DNA from: an uncultured virus (IMG/VR IMGVR_UViG_3300000116_000008)
Taxonomy: Duplodnaviria; Heunggongvirae; Uroviricota; Caudoviricetes
Virus record (IMG/VR): IMGVR_UViG_3300000116_000008
Strand: one strand, 5' to 3'
DNA length: 64,000 nucleotides
Below the pieces are notes generated by a model. It was not told the DNA's origin. It saw only the letters and a list, made by a program, of their open reading frames with translations, and did not search any database. Of the stretch, positions 1-9,965 are shown in pieces. Every line of letters begins with the position of its first letter. Position 1 is the first letter of the stretch. Both the position numbers and the translations under genes were made by a program.

Positions 1-756
1 AAGTCCTATGAAAGCACCTATAAATCCTCCTCTAAGAGCTAACCATCGATTAGTCCAAACTGCTTTCATTCCTTCTAATAATTCACCTTTTTTCAATCCG
101 CTATTAGATGTACTAGTTTTAGTAAATAATCCTTTTGTTAATTCTGGTATTGCAAACAATCCAGCAGCAACTGCTATTATCTGAATACCATCTTCTAAGT
201 AAAACCACCCCATAGTAAATCTCGGTTCATTATTATCAGGGTTTACTCCAACCATACCAATAAGTATGCCAAAAGCAATAGCTAAAATACTACGAAACCA
301 GTACTGATTACTTAAAAAACCTACTGTTGCGAGTGCTAGCATAGTAAAAGCCCAAAGTTCAGGAATTCCTAGAATCATTATCAAGTTTGTGTACCACGGT
401 AAAAGTAAAAAAACTAAACATCCCCATATTAATCCATTTACTGTAGAAGTTGTAACTGCAGCACTAATAGCATAGCCAGCTCTACCTTGTTGCGCTAAAG
501 GAAATCCATCAACCATTGTAGCAGCAGCACTATTTGCTCCAGGTATTCCTAATAATATTGCCGTAAAACTATCACCAGTCGTACTAGCGGCTACAACTGC
601 CATTAAAAAAATAACACCAAGATAGGGATCATGCACAAAATAACTTATGAAACCAAAAAGAGCTACAAGACCTGTTGTGGCGCCTGCACTTGGTATAATT
701 CCAACTATTAAGCCATAGAATACTCCTGCTAAAAGAGTAGCTATCATCTCAATCAT
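1..756 (-). CDS. tctA: Tripartite tricarboxylate transporter permease TctA family (3' end runs off the window)
   Basis: Hand translation MIEMIATLLAGVFYGLIVGIIPSAGATTG...AILLGIPGANSAAATMVDGFPLAQQGRAG is the TctA signature; ATGA overlap with the upstream stop. Confidence 0.88.
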   Translation of the reverse strand, partial: MIEMIATLLAGVFYGLIVGIIPSAGATTGLVALFGFISYFVHDPYLGVIFLMAVVAASTTGDSFTAILLGIPGANSAAATMVDGFPLAQQGRAGYAISAAVTTSTVNGLIWGCLVFLLLPWYTNLIMILGIPELWAFTMLALATVGFLSNQYWFRSILAIAFGILIGMVGVNPDNNEPRFTMGWFYLEDGIQIIAVAAGLFAIPELTKGLFTKTSTSNSGLKKGELLEGMKAVWTNRWLALRGGFIGAFIGL

Positions 757-1277
757 TTTGGGAATTTTTTAGCTATTAGAACATCATAGTGTTTATGATG
801 GTGCTTCCATTTCAATTTATGTTTGTGAGCAAATTTAAGAATTGCCTCGTTTTGAATAGCGATATGTTTTGCCATAGTTTGCTCATCTTTATAATAGTCA
901 TAGTTGGGATAAGCAATATTAAATCCTCCTGCTTCAAGCCACCAAGCTAAGGCAGCTTCGTTAGGTCTATATATTAAAATAATACCATCCTTGGGATAAA
1001 AATAATTTATAGTACTAAGCATTAAACTCCATTCATGACTTTTATGAAGTTTAGGTTTTTTACCTTTCTTTTCATAAGGTAAGTCTAGGTTTTTAGTGTC
1101 AAGCATTGCAGGAAACTCCATGCCTTTGCCAAAGTATACGCCAACGTGGTTTCCTTTATCTGTATAGCTTCTTTCAGGAGTACGATCACTTATATCGTAG
1201 TTTCCTTCATTTTCTAATTCTTGTGCTATTCCGCTCCAACGACTACCAGGAACTCCTGTTAAAAATATTCTGTTCAT
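753..1277 (-). CDS. Hypothetical protein with P-loop/sulfotransferase-like N-terminus
   Basis: IFLTGVPGSRWS motif; translationally coupled to neighbours. Confidence 0.55.
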   Translation of the reverse strand: MNRIFLTGVPGSRWSGIAQELENEGNYDISDRTPERSYTDKGNHVGVYFGKGMEFPAMLDTKNLDLPYEKKGKKPKLHKSHEWSLMLSTINYFYPKDGIILIYRPNEAALAWWLEAGGFNIAYPNYDYYKDEQTMAKHIAIQNEAILKFAHKHKLKWKHHHKHYDVLIAKKFPK

Positions 1278-1819
1278 ACTAAAGCATAAATATCCTCTAC
1301 TTCTTTTATATACGGATAATCTGATCTTACATAGTCAAATTTAAATCTACCCCCTGTAGAACCTTTTGTTCTAATGTTTTCAATAACTAAACCATATTTA
1401 TAGGAAACATCACGTGCATAGTCCATTGTCCATGGAAAAAACTCTAGCATAGTTCCATCAGCATGGGGATTGCCAGGATTTACCTTCATACAAATGCGAG
1501 AGCCTGGAGTCTCCTCTAATAAATTAACTACTTTAGCCAGTCTATCCTCAACCCATTTTTTGTCGTAAAAATTAATTGATCCGTAACAAATAATTAAATC
1601 AAATATCTTATCAGTTTTATAATCTAAAACGTCTATTACTTCGTCAGCCTCTTCATTAGCAATATCTATACCTTTGAAGTACTGAGGTAACTTAGCATAC
1701 TTTTTGTACTGATTAAAACCGCACCCAACATCTAGTATGAGAGAAGATTTTTCCATACAGTCTATAATATGAGTATCTTCTTCAGTTTGTTGCCAATGAT
1801 TTTTAAAGTAATCAATCAA
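1274..1819 (-). CDS. Class I SAM-dependent methyltransferase
   Basis: ILDVGCG motif I; FDLIIC motif. Confidence 0.8.
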   Translation of the reverse strand: MIDYFKNHWQQTEEDTHIIDCMEKSSLILDVGCGFNQYKKYAKLPQYFKGIDIANEEADEVIDVLDYKTDKIFDLIICYGSINFYDKKWVEDRLAKVVNLLEETPGSRICMKVNPGNPHADGTMLEFFPWTMDYARDVSYKYGLVIENIRTKGSTGGRFKFDYVRSDYPYIKEVEDIYALV

Positions 1820-2267
1820 TAATCTTTTTTTCTAACTGTACTATTAAATCATTGAGATACCATTTTGCTTTGGCTAAATCTTCTCTTTGTTTTCTTAAAT
1901 CACTGTGTTTTAGATTATATCTAGTCACATATTTTATAACATTACCTTGTGGATAACTCATTTCCCAAGAATTAATATATTCTGACGTTTCAATACCCTT
2001 ATTATAGTGTGGTGGGTGATTAACCATATCAGGTATTACTACTTTTGACTCTTTTACTAATTCTCTTTCAGTCTCTCCCGTTTTTCTTCTATATACTGTT
2101 TTTCCTTTGTCTGGAGATTCGTAAATATATTTTTCATTCATTTTTTCTGTCCACTTTTGTTTTTGCCTAAGTTTCCAAAGAACCCAGTCATAGTATCTTT
2201 CTGGTTCTGGATCAGGTAATTCTATATGATCACCTGTTCCTGTCATATCTTGAGTATACTTATTCAA
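1812..2267 (-). CDS. DUF3310 domain phage protein
   Basis: DMVNHPPHY...GNVIKYVTR...EDLAKAKWYL. Confidence 0.8.
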   Translation of the reverse strand: MNKYTQDMTGTGDHIELPDPEPERYYDWVLWKLRQKQKWTEKMNEKYIYESPDKGKTVYRRKTGETERELVKESKVVIPDMVNHPPHYNKGIETSEYINSWEMSYPQGNVIKYVTRYNLKHSDLRKQREDLAKAKWYLNDLIVQLEKKIID

Positions 2268-2572
2268 CTTATTTTCTCTTTTATAACATTTAATAGCATA
2301 CTTAAATTTTCTTTTTTGTTAAGATTTGTTCCGTCTACTCTTATATTAAGAATATCTTCAAGTTCTCTTAACATTACTTTTACTGTTTGACTCTTATCTT
2401 CTTCACTCAGTTCAGGTTTTTCATAAATTTTAAGTTGTACCAATTTACTTATAACACTTCTATAACCTTTTGCAAAGTGCGAAGCTAATTCATAAACGTC
2501 TTTTATGTCTTCTTCTGTATACATTTTTATTAACTCAGCTTCTTGCTCGTCATTCCACGCTTTAACGCTCAT
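2264..2572 (-). CDS. Hypothetical protein, possible helical DNA-binding; probable start MSVKAW
   Basis: Coupled ORF; GGAGA Shine-Dalgarno (SD) site before the ATG at 2572. Confidence 0.55.
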   Translation of the reverse strand: MSVKAWNDEQEAELIKMYTEEDIKDVYELASHFAKGYRSVISKLVQLKIYEKPELSEEDKSQTVKVMLRELEDILNIRVDGTNLNKKENLSMLLNVIKEKIS

Positions 2573-2838
2573 TATTTCTCCAATTCTAATTCTAATTGTG
2601 TATTCCAAATATATCTTTTTGCTACTTGTTCACTTGCTTCCTGTAGTAAGGGTATTAAAGAACTTACTTCATCAGCAGGCATTGAGTAGCCTGATTTTGT
2701 TGGATACCACTGACCAGTATCCCCATCCATAGAATATTCTCTAATATGAAGATATAACTGATCTCTAAATTCATTCACTGTAACTTTTACAGCATTTCCA
2801 TTCGGTTTACGGAACGCTGTTCCAAAATCAATGTTCAC
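2572..2838 (-). CDS. PC4/p15-like ssDNA-binding protein
   Basis: VTVNEFRDQLYLHIREY...WYPTKSGYS matches the PC4 fold pattern. Confidence 0.8.
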   Translation of the reverse strand: MNIDFGTAFRKPNGNAVKVTVNEFRDQLYLHIREYSMDGDTGQWYPTKSGYSMPADEVSSLIPLLQEASEQVAKRYIWNTQLELELEK

Positions 2839-3385
2839 TAATATTCTCTTTTAACCAATTGTTAGGTTTGACAATCATATTTAGCGAGTATCTCGCCTCA
2901 GATCTGTCTAAGTTTTTTGCTCCGTGAGGAGTGTCTGGGTTAAAAACTACTCCTTGTCCAGCTTCTAAGCATATCTCATCTTTACCAAAAATACATATAA
3001 AGTTAGGATTGTAGTTAATTGCTATCCATATTCTTAAATGCTTTTCAGTAGGATCATGCCAGTTCTCTTCGTCAATATGCACTGGCGTAACATACTGAGG
3101 CTCCTGTTTTAAAATCCTAATTCTTGCTGTAGGACATTCAAACTTATTTATTGCACTAATGGTTCTAGGTATGATACCACAAGTACTAGTAAATCTATAG
3201 CTATCACAAGTGTCAGGATATACTTTAAACATATTATTAGGCTTACCATCAGGGCTTTTTATTGCACAAGCAGTAATTGCATCTTTAAGATCCCTATCTT
3301 TATAGTTGTAATATACTAGTTTAGTACACTCGTCTAGCAAATCTTCAGCAATTTTGAATTTTAAATATTTATAAGTAAGACTCAT
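2828..3385 (-). CDS. 2OG-Fe(II) oxygenase, Asp/Asn beta-hydroxylase-like
   Basis: RIRIL...HID...PHGAKN...R, the HxD...H triad. Confidence 0.75.
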   Translation of the reverse strand: MSLTYKYLKFKIAEDLLDECTKLVYYNYKDRDLKDAITACAIKSPDGKPNNMFKVYPDTCDSYRFTSTCGIIPRTISAINKFECPTARIRILKQEPQYVTPVHIDEENWHDPTEKHLRIWIAINYNPNFICIFGKDEICLEAGQGVVFNPDTPHGAKNLDRSEARYSLNMIVKPNNWLKENISEH

Positions 3386-4756
3386 TTATCGTTTTTCACT
3401 TAGATACTCTTTTAATGTTCCGCCTTCAATTGGTTTATCAAGATAGTCTTTTCCTAAAATCCAAATATCAGAATTTTTACTATTTATTTGATCTAGCCAT
3501 ACATTATAGCAATCTTTTACACCCTGTAAACCTCTTACATATTGGGCATTAACTGTATGAAACGCATTACTCCACCATATGACACTATCAGGATCATTAG
3601 TTATTTTATTTGTTACTTTTTCGGGGTTCTCACAAATGTCTACATGAACATATGAGTGTTTCAATTGCTTATATCTTTCCCAATGATCTTTTATTACTTT
3701 CTCTGAACCCCAATACCCTATTTCTCTTTGCCACAAGTCATCTCTAGTTAATCGCTCAGTTTCTACACCACCTGTTTCACTGAATTGATACTTTGCTAGT
3801 GCCCACTTAATAAAACTAGGATAATCCTCACCATCCCAATACGTGAGTAGTAACTTTTTAAACGCTAAAGAAGGCTTACTATAATCGTAATAAACTATTT
3901 CAGTATCATCATAAAAACCAAAATGATGTAGTATCATGTTTGGTTTAAAACTTGCAGCAACACTGTATAGTTTTTTAATAGGCTTTTCAAGCTTAACATA
4001 CTTTAAATCAAGATAGTTTTCTGTATTCCAAAGAAAAACACATGTAGGAGCATACTCAACTATGTTCTGTATCCAATTTAGCTGTAAAGCTAATTCTTCC
4101 GCACTTTGTGACGGATAAATATATTGTTTTGATTCTCTTATCTTTGGGTGAAAATTGTACACAGTTAAATCGTTTTCTAAACTAACATTAATAAAATTCC
4201 AACCATCTACTAATGGTGTACAAACTGTAAGTTCCTCAGTAGGTCTCAAAGATAAAGGAGTATAATCGTCATGTATGTCTTTAGAATGTCTGTTAGCTTT
4301 TACCACGTTTTCTTCTTTAGTAGCTGATTTATTACCAAACACAGGTTTATCAAATTTTCTATAATAATCTAAATTAACTAACATACATTGTTTATGAAGT
4401 CCGTAGTATCCTATTTCGCCTTTGGGGTTATTCTTATTAGGTTTATTTTTATCCATAATATGCCCTGTGACAAAAAAGTTCTGCTTTTCTATCCATTTTT
4501 CAATATGCCTAAAGAACGCAGCTTCTTGAATTATATGACCTGTAGCTTGTACTATACAATACTTTACGTCATGCTCTAGTGCTTTATCTAAAACTTCGTT
4601 AACAGAGTTTGCAGTTATAATTGGTCCAAAGTATTTAAACCTAGTAAAAAATTCTGTTAATTCTTTATATTTTTGAGTGTTAGGAATATGCGTAGAAAAA
4701 GTTGTATCATTATAGATACCTACCACATAATCTTTATTTAACCCCATTTTTCTCAT
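3386..4756 (-). CDS. Hypothetical protein (456 aa), possibly GT-A-like
   Basis: Long coupled ORF between two oxygenases; family not recognised. Confidence 0.5.
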   Translation of the reverse strand: MRKMGLNKDYVVGIYNDTTFSTHIPNTQKYKELTEFFTRFKYFGPIITANSVNEVLDKALEHDVKYCIVQATGHIIQEAAFFRHIEKWIEKQNFFVTGHIMDKNKPNKNNPKGEIGYYGLHKQCMLVNLDYYRKFDKPVFGNKSATKEENVVKANRHSKDIHDDYTPLSLRPTEELTVCTPLVDGWNFINVSLENDLTVYNFHPKIRESKQYIYPSQSAEELALQLNWIQNIVEYAPTCVFLWNTENYLDLKYVKLEKPIKKLYSVAASFKPNMILHHFGFYDDTEIVYYDYSKPSLAFKKLLLTYWDGEDYPSFIKWALAKYQFSETGGVETERLTRDDLWQREIGYWGSEKVIKDHWERYKQLKHSYVHVDICENPEKVTNKITNDPDSVIWWSNAFHTVNAQYVRGLQGVKDCYNVWLDQINSKNSDIWILGKDYLDKPIEGGTLKEYLSEKR

Positions 4757-5369
4757 AGCTACGTATTACCAATTCTTCATATTCTTTTGCTCTTGTTCCG
4801 TGCACAATTATGTGATATCTTTCTTCTGTGCTTTTATTAATGTAAGCGTGAGTATTTCCTACATCTAATAGTAGTGCTTTTCCTGGCGCAAATGGGACAT
4901 AACCTTTATGACCTTCCATTTTCATTTTACACCCTTTTGGGTGATTTAGTGCCATATTTATTGGAGATAATTTAGAGTCAAAACTGTCTTGATGCGGAGT
5001 GATAAATCCCTCTGGCTCTAATAACATAAATCTAACTCGGTAATAAGACTTAAAAGGAAAAATATCACGAAAAAATTTATATGTGACAGGACATCTATCG
5101 ACTATGTCTGTCCACACATAAGGAGTTTCTTGGTTTGACTTATACCCGTATTGTTCAAAATGATTAGTTTTTTCAGCATCGATACCATGAATGCATAAAC
5201 TTCTCCAACCTTTATGTCTATAACCGCCCTGACCGTCTTGATCTCTGTGTTTAACAAATCTATCTCTTAAATTAATTGCTTCTTTATGCATTTCTTCATA
5301 AGGAAACTCTATGTCCAAGTCTAACCAAGGTATATTGCTCTCATTTATAATCCAATTAAAATCTTTCAT
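4734..5369 (-). CDS. 2OG-Fe(II) oxygenase, Asp/Asn beta-hydroxylase-like
   Basis: RVRFMLLEPEGFITPHQD...HAYIN...RYHIIVH. Confidence 0.8.
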   Translation of the reverse strand: MKDFNWIINESNIPWLDLDIEFPYEEMHKEAINLRDRFVKHRDQDGQGGYRHKGWRSLCIHGIDAEKTNHFEQYGYKSNQETPYVWTDIVDRCPVTYKFFRDIFPFKSYYRVRFMLLEPEGFITPHQDSFDSKLSPINMALNHPKGCKMKMEGHKGYVPFAPGKALLLDVGNTHAYINKSTEERYHIIVHGTRAKEYEELVIRSYEKNGVK

Positions 5370-5590
5370 TAATAAACCTTAACATCTTTTACATTAACTT
5401 TACTAGGTTCACAGACTGCTTTATAATGACGTGACATAGGAGTTTGTCCTCCATCATCTACTCTGTTCGGTACTCCAACATTTTTATTTATTCTTACTGC
5501 AAAATACATACAATCATCTATACTTCTAAAGTAACTTGTATCTAATTTCTGAACTCCTAGATACGTTATCAGAGCAAAAACTAATTCCAT
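5369..5590 (-). CDS. Small hypothetical protein
   Basis: Coupled ORF with a Cys pair (F.SIDDC...AVCEP). Confidence 0.55.
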   Translation of the reverse strand: MELVFALITYLGVQKLDTSYFRSIDDCMYFAVRINKNVGVPNRVDDGGQTPMSRHYKAVCEPSKVNVKDVKVY

Positions 5591-6108
5591 TAGCTATAGT
5601 TATCTAATAGACTTTCATCTACTGCAAAACTTGTCCCGCACCCGCAACTTGCTTTGGCACTAGGATTTTTTACAACTAACATTTTATTCATCATATGATC
5701 TTGTAAATCTACTTCAGATCCATATAAATACTTAACACTTTCGCTATCTATTAAAGCTGGGGGATTATTGGAGAACTGAATATCATTATCTGCTATTTGC
5801 GTATCAATATCTAGCAAATAATTAAACCCTGAGCAGCCACCTCCTGTAACTCCAAATCTAAAATATTCTCCAGGCTTAAGTGTTTCTGAAATATAAATTT
5901 GTGCTTTAGGAGTAATAGTAGGTAAATCTCCTACAAACTTATCATCAATTGTTGGCGCAAATCCATGAAAATCTCTTAATATTTTGTCATCAAGACTTTC
6001 TTTTTTCATTGCTTCATAAACACTAGGTTTAGTGTCAAACTCATCAAACCAATCATCTAGCTCTTGTTGTGCTTTTTCTTTGTCCGATTTCATTAATAAC
6101 TCCTTCAT
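5590..6108 (-). CDS. HesB/IscA/SufA A-type Fe-S cluster carrier with N-terminal extension (start uncertain)
   Basis: GGGCSG and NP.AKASCGCGTSF motifs. Confidence 0.88.
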   Translation of the reverse strand: MKELLMKSDKEKAQQELDDWFDEFDTKPSVYEAMKKESLDDKILRDFHGFAPTIDDKFVGDLPTITPKAQIYISETLKPGEYFRFGVTGGGCSGFNYLLDIDTQIADNDIQFSNNPPALIDSESVKYLYGSEVDLQDHMMNKMLVVKNPSAKASCGCGTSFAVDESLLDNYS

Positions 6109-7216
6109 ACATATCAATTACGTGGTCCCAGGTATTTTCCATTGATACATTATCTAACTTTGTATATAAATCTTGTTTATTATGGTGATGGTATATATAC
6201 TTTAACACTTGTTCTAGGTGATGTCCAGAAGGTTCGTTAACAAATGTATGAGTGCTCATCCGTGTCATAGCATCTCCAGGTTTCATTGCAAACACTCCAG
6301 AATCTGATATATTTACGTTTTGTTGAGATGTTGGAATTTTTAAACCAATTTCTTCGGGAACAAAATCATCGGTTGGTCCTCCTGAAGGAACAACAGGTAA
6401 ACAACCACAAGCCATTGCTTCTTGAACATGCATTGCAAAACCTTCAGCTCTGTAGGGATGAACTAAGACATTTGATAATTTATATAAGTTAGCCATTTCT
6501 GACTCACTAAGGTTTTCATCTATGTATATCACCTCAGCACTTTCAGTTTTATGTTGCATTTTTATTACTTCATTAAGAATATTATTCTTTCCATAAACAT
6601 TTGGGTTATCTTTAATTATAAGAGTGCATTTATCATATTTTTTAAAACATTTATGCCATACATTAATTAATACATCTAAACCTTTTCTCCATTGAGAGTT
6701 TCCAACGTATACAAAATTAAATCTATCTGGTTTGATACCTAATAAAGGAGTGACTTCAGATTTATCTTTGTTAAACAGCTCTGGATTAAACCCGTTTGGT
6801 ACTACAAAGGCTTTTGAAGGATTTAAACCTCCATCAGTAAAAACTTTTTTAACATAGTTACTAGGTATTATTAAAGCATCAGCGAATGTCTCAAACTTAT
6901 ATTGCCACTCAAAAGGAACTTTTGGGTATTCCCATGGTTGAATATATATCACTTTAGTTTCTTCTCCTACAGGCCAGTTCCAAATAGGTGGGTACGTATG
7001 TCTTATCTGAACTTCTGGATTAGATTCTCCTAAATCTTTAGTTTCTAACTCTTTTAAATTTTTAACAGTGTCAGTTGATAATTTGTATTGAGGATCATAT
7101 TTATCTAATGGGGTGATGTAAACGTCAAATTTTTTACTTAATCCAAATATAATATTACGATTTATAATCGTTAAAGAATGGTTGTCATAAAATTTTCCTA
7201 TAAATTCTAATTTCAT
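6053..7216 (-). CDS. Glycosyltransferase family 4 (GT-B)
   Basis: RKGLD and PYRAEGFAMHVQEAMACG. Confidence 0.88.
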   Translation of the reverse strand: MKLEFIGKFYDNHSLTIINRNIIFGLSKKFDVYITPLDKYDPQYKLSTDTVKNLKELETKDLGESNPEVQIRHTYPPIWNWPVGEETKVIYIQPWEYPKVPFEWQYKFETFADALIIPSNYVKKVFTDGGLNPSKAFVVPNGFNPELFNKDKSEVTPLLGIKPDRFNFVYVGNSQWRKGLDVLINVWHKCFKKYDKCTLIIKDNPNVYGKNNILNEVIKMQHKTESAEVIYIDENLSESEMANLYKLSNVLVHPYRAEGFAMHVQEAMACGCLPVVPSGGPTDDFVPEEIGLKIPTSQQNVNISDSGVFAMKPGDAMTRMSTHTFVNEPSGHHLEQVLKYIYHHHNKQDLYTKLDNVSMENTWDHVIDMYEGVINEIGQRKSTTRAR

Positions 7217-8064
7217 TAGTAGGCCCTCGATGCGTAGTTTTTAATATAATTTTCTAATTCTGTAAGAGGTAAAGCCTCTAATCTAGGCCATTGAGTTCCC
7301 CCTAGACCTGATGTTTTAAAATTACTCATTTCTTTATAGTTACTTAAATCAACCTGTTGCCATAATTGATAAAAAGGATCTTTTTCAACTAGATCGGAGT
7401 GACCTATATTTTTAATTTTTTGTTCTAATTCGTTAGACGGTCTGCATAGGCTCCAGTGTAATGCTACTAAAGGAGACATTAATCTGTTATCTCCTGCGGC
7501 TGATTTATCAGTCCATCTAGCATAAGTAAATGTGCTGTCTTTTGAAGTCATAAAACCTTGATTTTCGCCAAAGAAAGGGGTTCCATCTTCATTAGCTATA
7601 AGTAAAACAATATCCTGTTTTTCTTCCTCAGTTATAATTTTATAAGGAGTAGCCCATGTTAAAGATATATCTTTTTTATCCCTGTACCTTTCAACGATAG
7701 GTAGATAGTCATAAAAAAATTCTTTAGCATTCACTAACATTTCGTCTGCATCAACACTTACGATCCATTCATGAGTACATTCTTGTTTTAAAAAATTTCT
7801 CTCATAATTATCGTTTTCTATAGCTACTTTGGATTGATGAAAATCTTCTTCTACAATAGTGATTTTAGAGTCACCGTCTATCGCATCTAATTCTCTCCAT
7901 AAAGCATTTTCGTCGACTTCAAAAGGGTTGCCGCTCCAGGTAATTCTATCTTTATCAATACCTAAAACTATCTCATCAACATACTCATAGTATCTTTTAA
8001 TACTATCAGATAAGAATCTATTCGCATCATACGATATAAGACTTATAGCACTTTTTTTAATCAT
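7216..8064 (-). CDS. Glycosyltransferase family 2-like
   Basis: VDEIV...EWIVSVDADE (DxD). Confidence 0.7.
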   Translation of the reverse strand: MIKKSAISLISYDANRFLSDSIKRYYEYVDEIVLGIDKDRITWSGNPFEVDENALWRELDAIDGDSKITIVEEDFHQSKVAIENDNYERNFLKQECTHEWIVSVDADEMLVNAKEFFYDYLPIVERYRDKKDISLTWATPYKIITEEEKQDIVLLIANEDGTPFFGENQGFMTSKDSTFTYARWTDKSAAGDNRLMSPLVALHWSLCRPSNELEQKIKNIGHSDLVEKDPFYQLWQQVDLSNYKEMSNFKTSGLGGTQWPRLEALPLTELENYIKNYASRAY

Positions 8065-8852
8065 GTATTCGCTTTCGGTTTAACTGTTGGAGCAATAGGC
8101 TTTGTTGCAAAAGGTTTTGGAGTTATAGTTGGCTTTACTATAAGTTTCTTCTTAAAACCTATCATAGCAATTCCACTAAAATACTTATATGAATCACTCA
8201 TACTATTAGATACTCTATATTCTTTAAATCTTTCTTCTACTTTGTCCGCATATTTTATGAGAGCTTTATTTAACAGTTCTGCATATTCATGATTAGACTG
8301 CTGAGTAAATACAACTACACTTTCTGTTGCTAAAGAAGGAAGTACTAGTGTGAAAAAATCATCATATACTTTTTCGCTTACTGGCGATACGTCAAAATGT
8401 ACGACATCAAATTTAGGTTGTTTAGCCCAATCAACATCTTCAAAAGGCTTTTCAATTAATGTTAAGTTTTTTACGTCGAGTCTATCTTTTTCATGCCTAT
8501 AAATATTTAAGTTAGCCTCTAATTGAGATTTCATATTATCCCAAATAAAGCCTTCAGGTGCCCACTTTGGTGACTCTCTATCATCGTATAAATAGTGTTC
8601 TACTCCTACTGCTTTTAGAGTTGGATTATCCAGCATTCCAGATATAAGAGTTGAGCCTTTATAAACTCCTATTTCTAAGAAATTTATATTACTACTAGAA
8701 CATAGATTACTAATTAGTACTCTTTGCCTGATAGTTGATAAGCCGAAAATCATATTTCTCTCTCTATCTGTTGGTTTTCCTCTTTCATTGTCTGCATTCT
8801 GTAATGCTTCCATGCAAAAAGAATGCGATACTTTTTTGTTACTGCCTATCAT
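8061..8852 (-). CDS. Class I SAM methyltransferase (Methyltransf_24-like)
   Basis: FLEIGVYKGST, FDVVHFD. Confidence 0.72.
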   Translation of the reverse strand: MIGSNKKVSHSFCMEALQNADNERGKPTDRERNMIFGLSTIRQRVLISNLCSSSNINFLEIGVYKGSTLISGMLDNPTLKAVGVEHYLYDDRESPKWAPEGFIWDNMKSQLEANLNIYRHEKDRLDVKNLTLIEKPFEDVDWAKQPKFDVVHFDVSPVSEKVYDDFFTLVLPSLATESVVVFTQQSNHEYAELLNKALIKYADKVEERFKEYRVSNSMSDSYKYFSGIAMIGFKKKLIVKPTITPKPFATKPIAPTVKPKANT

Positions 8853-9066
8853 CTTTTTTCCTCTCTATAATAAGTCTGTCTATGAAATAAAATGGTATAT
8901 ACATTGTTAAAAGTATTATTAAAAATACTATCATTGGTAAAATGAATAACAATATACTACTAAGTAGCCAAAACATAATAGTAGCAGTTAAAATAGGACC
9001 TGCGCTACTTTTTTGTTTATATATCATTTTTGTAAGTTCACTCTTTGTTATAAACATTTTATCCAT
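8839..9066 (-). CDS. Small membrane protein
   Basis: Long hydrophobic segment; coupled ORF. Confidence 0.55.
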   Translation of the reverse strand: MDKMFITKSELTKMIYKQKSSAGPILTATIMFWLLSSILLFILPMIVFLIILLTMYIPFYFIDRLIIERKKDDRQ

Positions 9067-9793
9067 TTTTGATTACTCTGTCCAGCGTTTTGTAAAATTT
9101 TGAATTTGCCCATTTCGTATGGAGTCTTTTCATGTTCCTTGTTTCCATGAGAAGTTTGTTTTCATCCTTTAATCGTTTATTATCTCTTGATTCGTGGTGA
9201 TATAGTCTAACTGGGATATTATAAATTATTTGATCCTGTTCTCTTGCTTGTAAACAATAATCAACATCTCTATTATATGTCCACTCGTAGCTTGCATCAA
9301 AATCGCCAACGCTATCAATAAACGACCTTCTCAAATAACAACCACCAAAGGTAGTCCACGCTACTTCTCTAACATTATTGTATTGACCGGTATCTGTTTC
9401 TAGTTCCTTAAATTTAGATTCATTCTCCAAAACAAGCCCACTACCAAAATGATCTGGTCTATTATTGGTAAATTTTCCTCCAGCACATTGTACATAGTAC
9501 TGGTCTTTATCATTTTTAGCGGGATAAAGTAAAAGACACCCAAACATGCCTGCTTCTGGATGTTTTTGAACGTACTCTAATACTTCATCAAACCATCCGT
9601 CATGATGAGGGCTCATATCTGCATGAAGTATAAATATATCATCATTAGGAAACTGTTTCCACATTTTTTGAAACATCAAATCTGAGCCTATACCTGCAGT
9701 ATCTTGTTCATAATGCGCATCTAAATACCAAAACATATCTTTATGATCAATTATTTCTTGTTCATAAACATAGGGTACAATTACTTTAGCCAT
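9059..9793 (-). CDS. Glycosyltransferase family 2
   Basis: ILHAD, GGCYLRR...DVDYCLQARE...HHES. Confidence 0.8.
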   Translation of the reverse strand: MAKVIVPYVYEQEIIDHKDMFWYLDAHYEQDTAGIGSDLMFQKMWKQFPNDDIFILHADMSPHHDGWFDEVLEYVQKHPEAGMFGCLLLYPAKNDKDQYYVQCAGGKFTNNRPDHFGSGLVLENESKFKELETDTGQYNNVREVAWTTFGGCYLRRSFIDSVGDFDASYEWTYNRDVDYCLQAREQDQIIYNIPVRLYHHESRDNKRLKDENKLLMETRNMKRLHTKWANSKFYKTLDRVIKNG

Positions 9794-9965
9794 TTAATTT
9801 TCCTTCAATATCTTTCATACGCGCACCTACCCATTTAAGTATTATTTCACGTTCTGTACTTGTTATACCCCAACGTTCTTCAAAGTCTGTAACATTATTG
9901 AGNGTTGCTTCTTCATATCTTAAGGCATTATAAAGTGCTAGTTCAACGCTGTCTGGTTTTGTCAT
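9786..9965 (-). CDS. Small hypothetical protein (59 aa), missing from the ORF track; contains an N at 9903
   Basis: Hand translation MTKPDSVELALYNALRYEEATLNNV...EGKLNG; overlaps both neighbours. Confidence 0.55.
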   Translation of the reverse strand: MTKPDSVELALYNALRYEEAXLNNVTDFEERWGITSTEREIILKWVGARMKDIEGKLNG

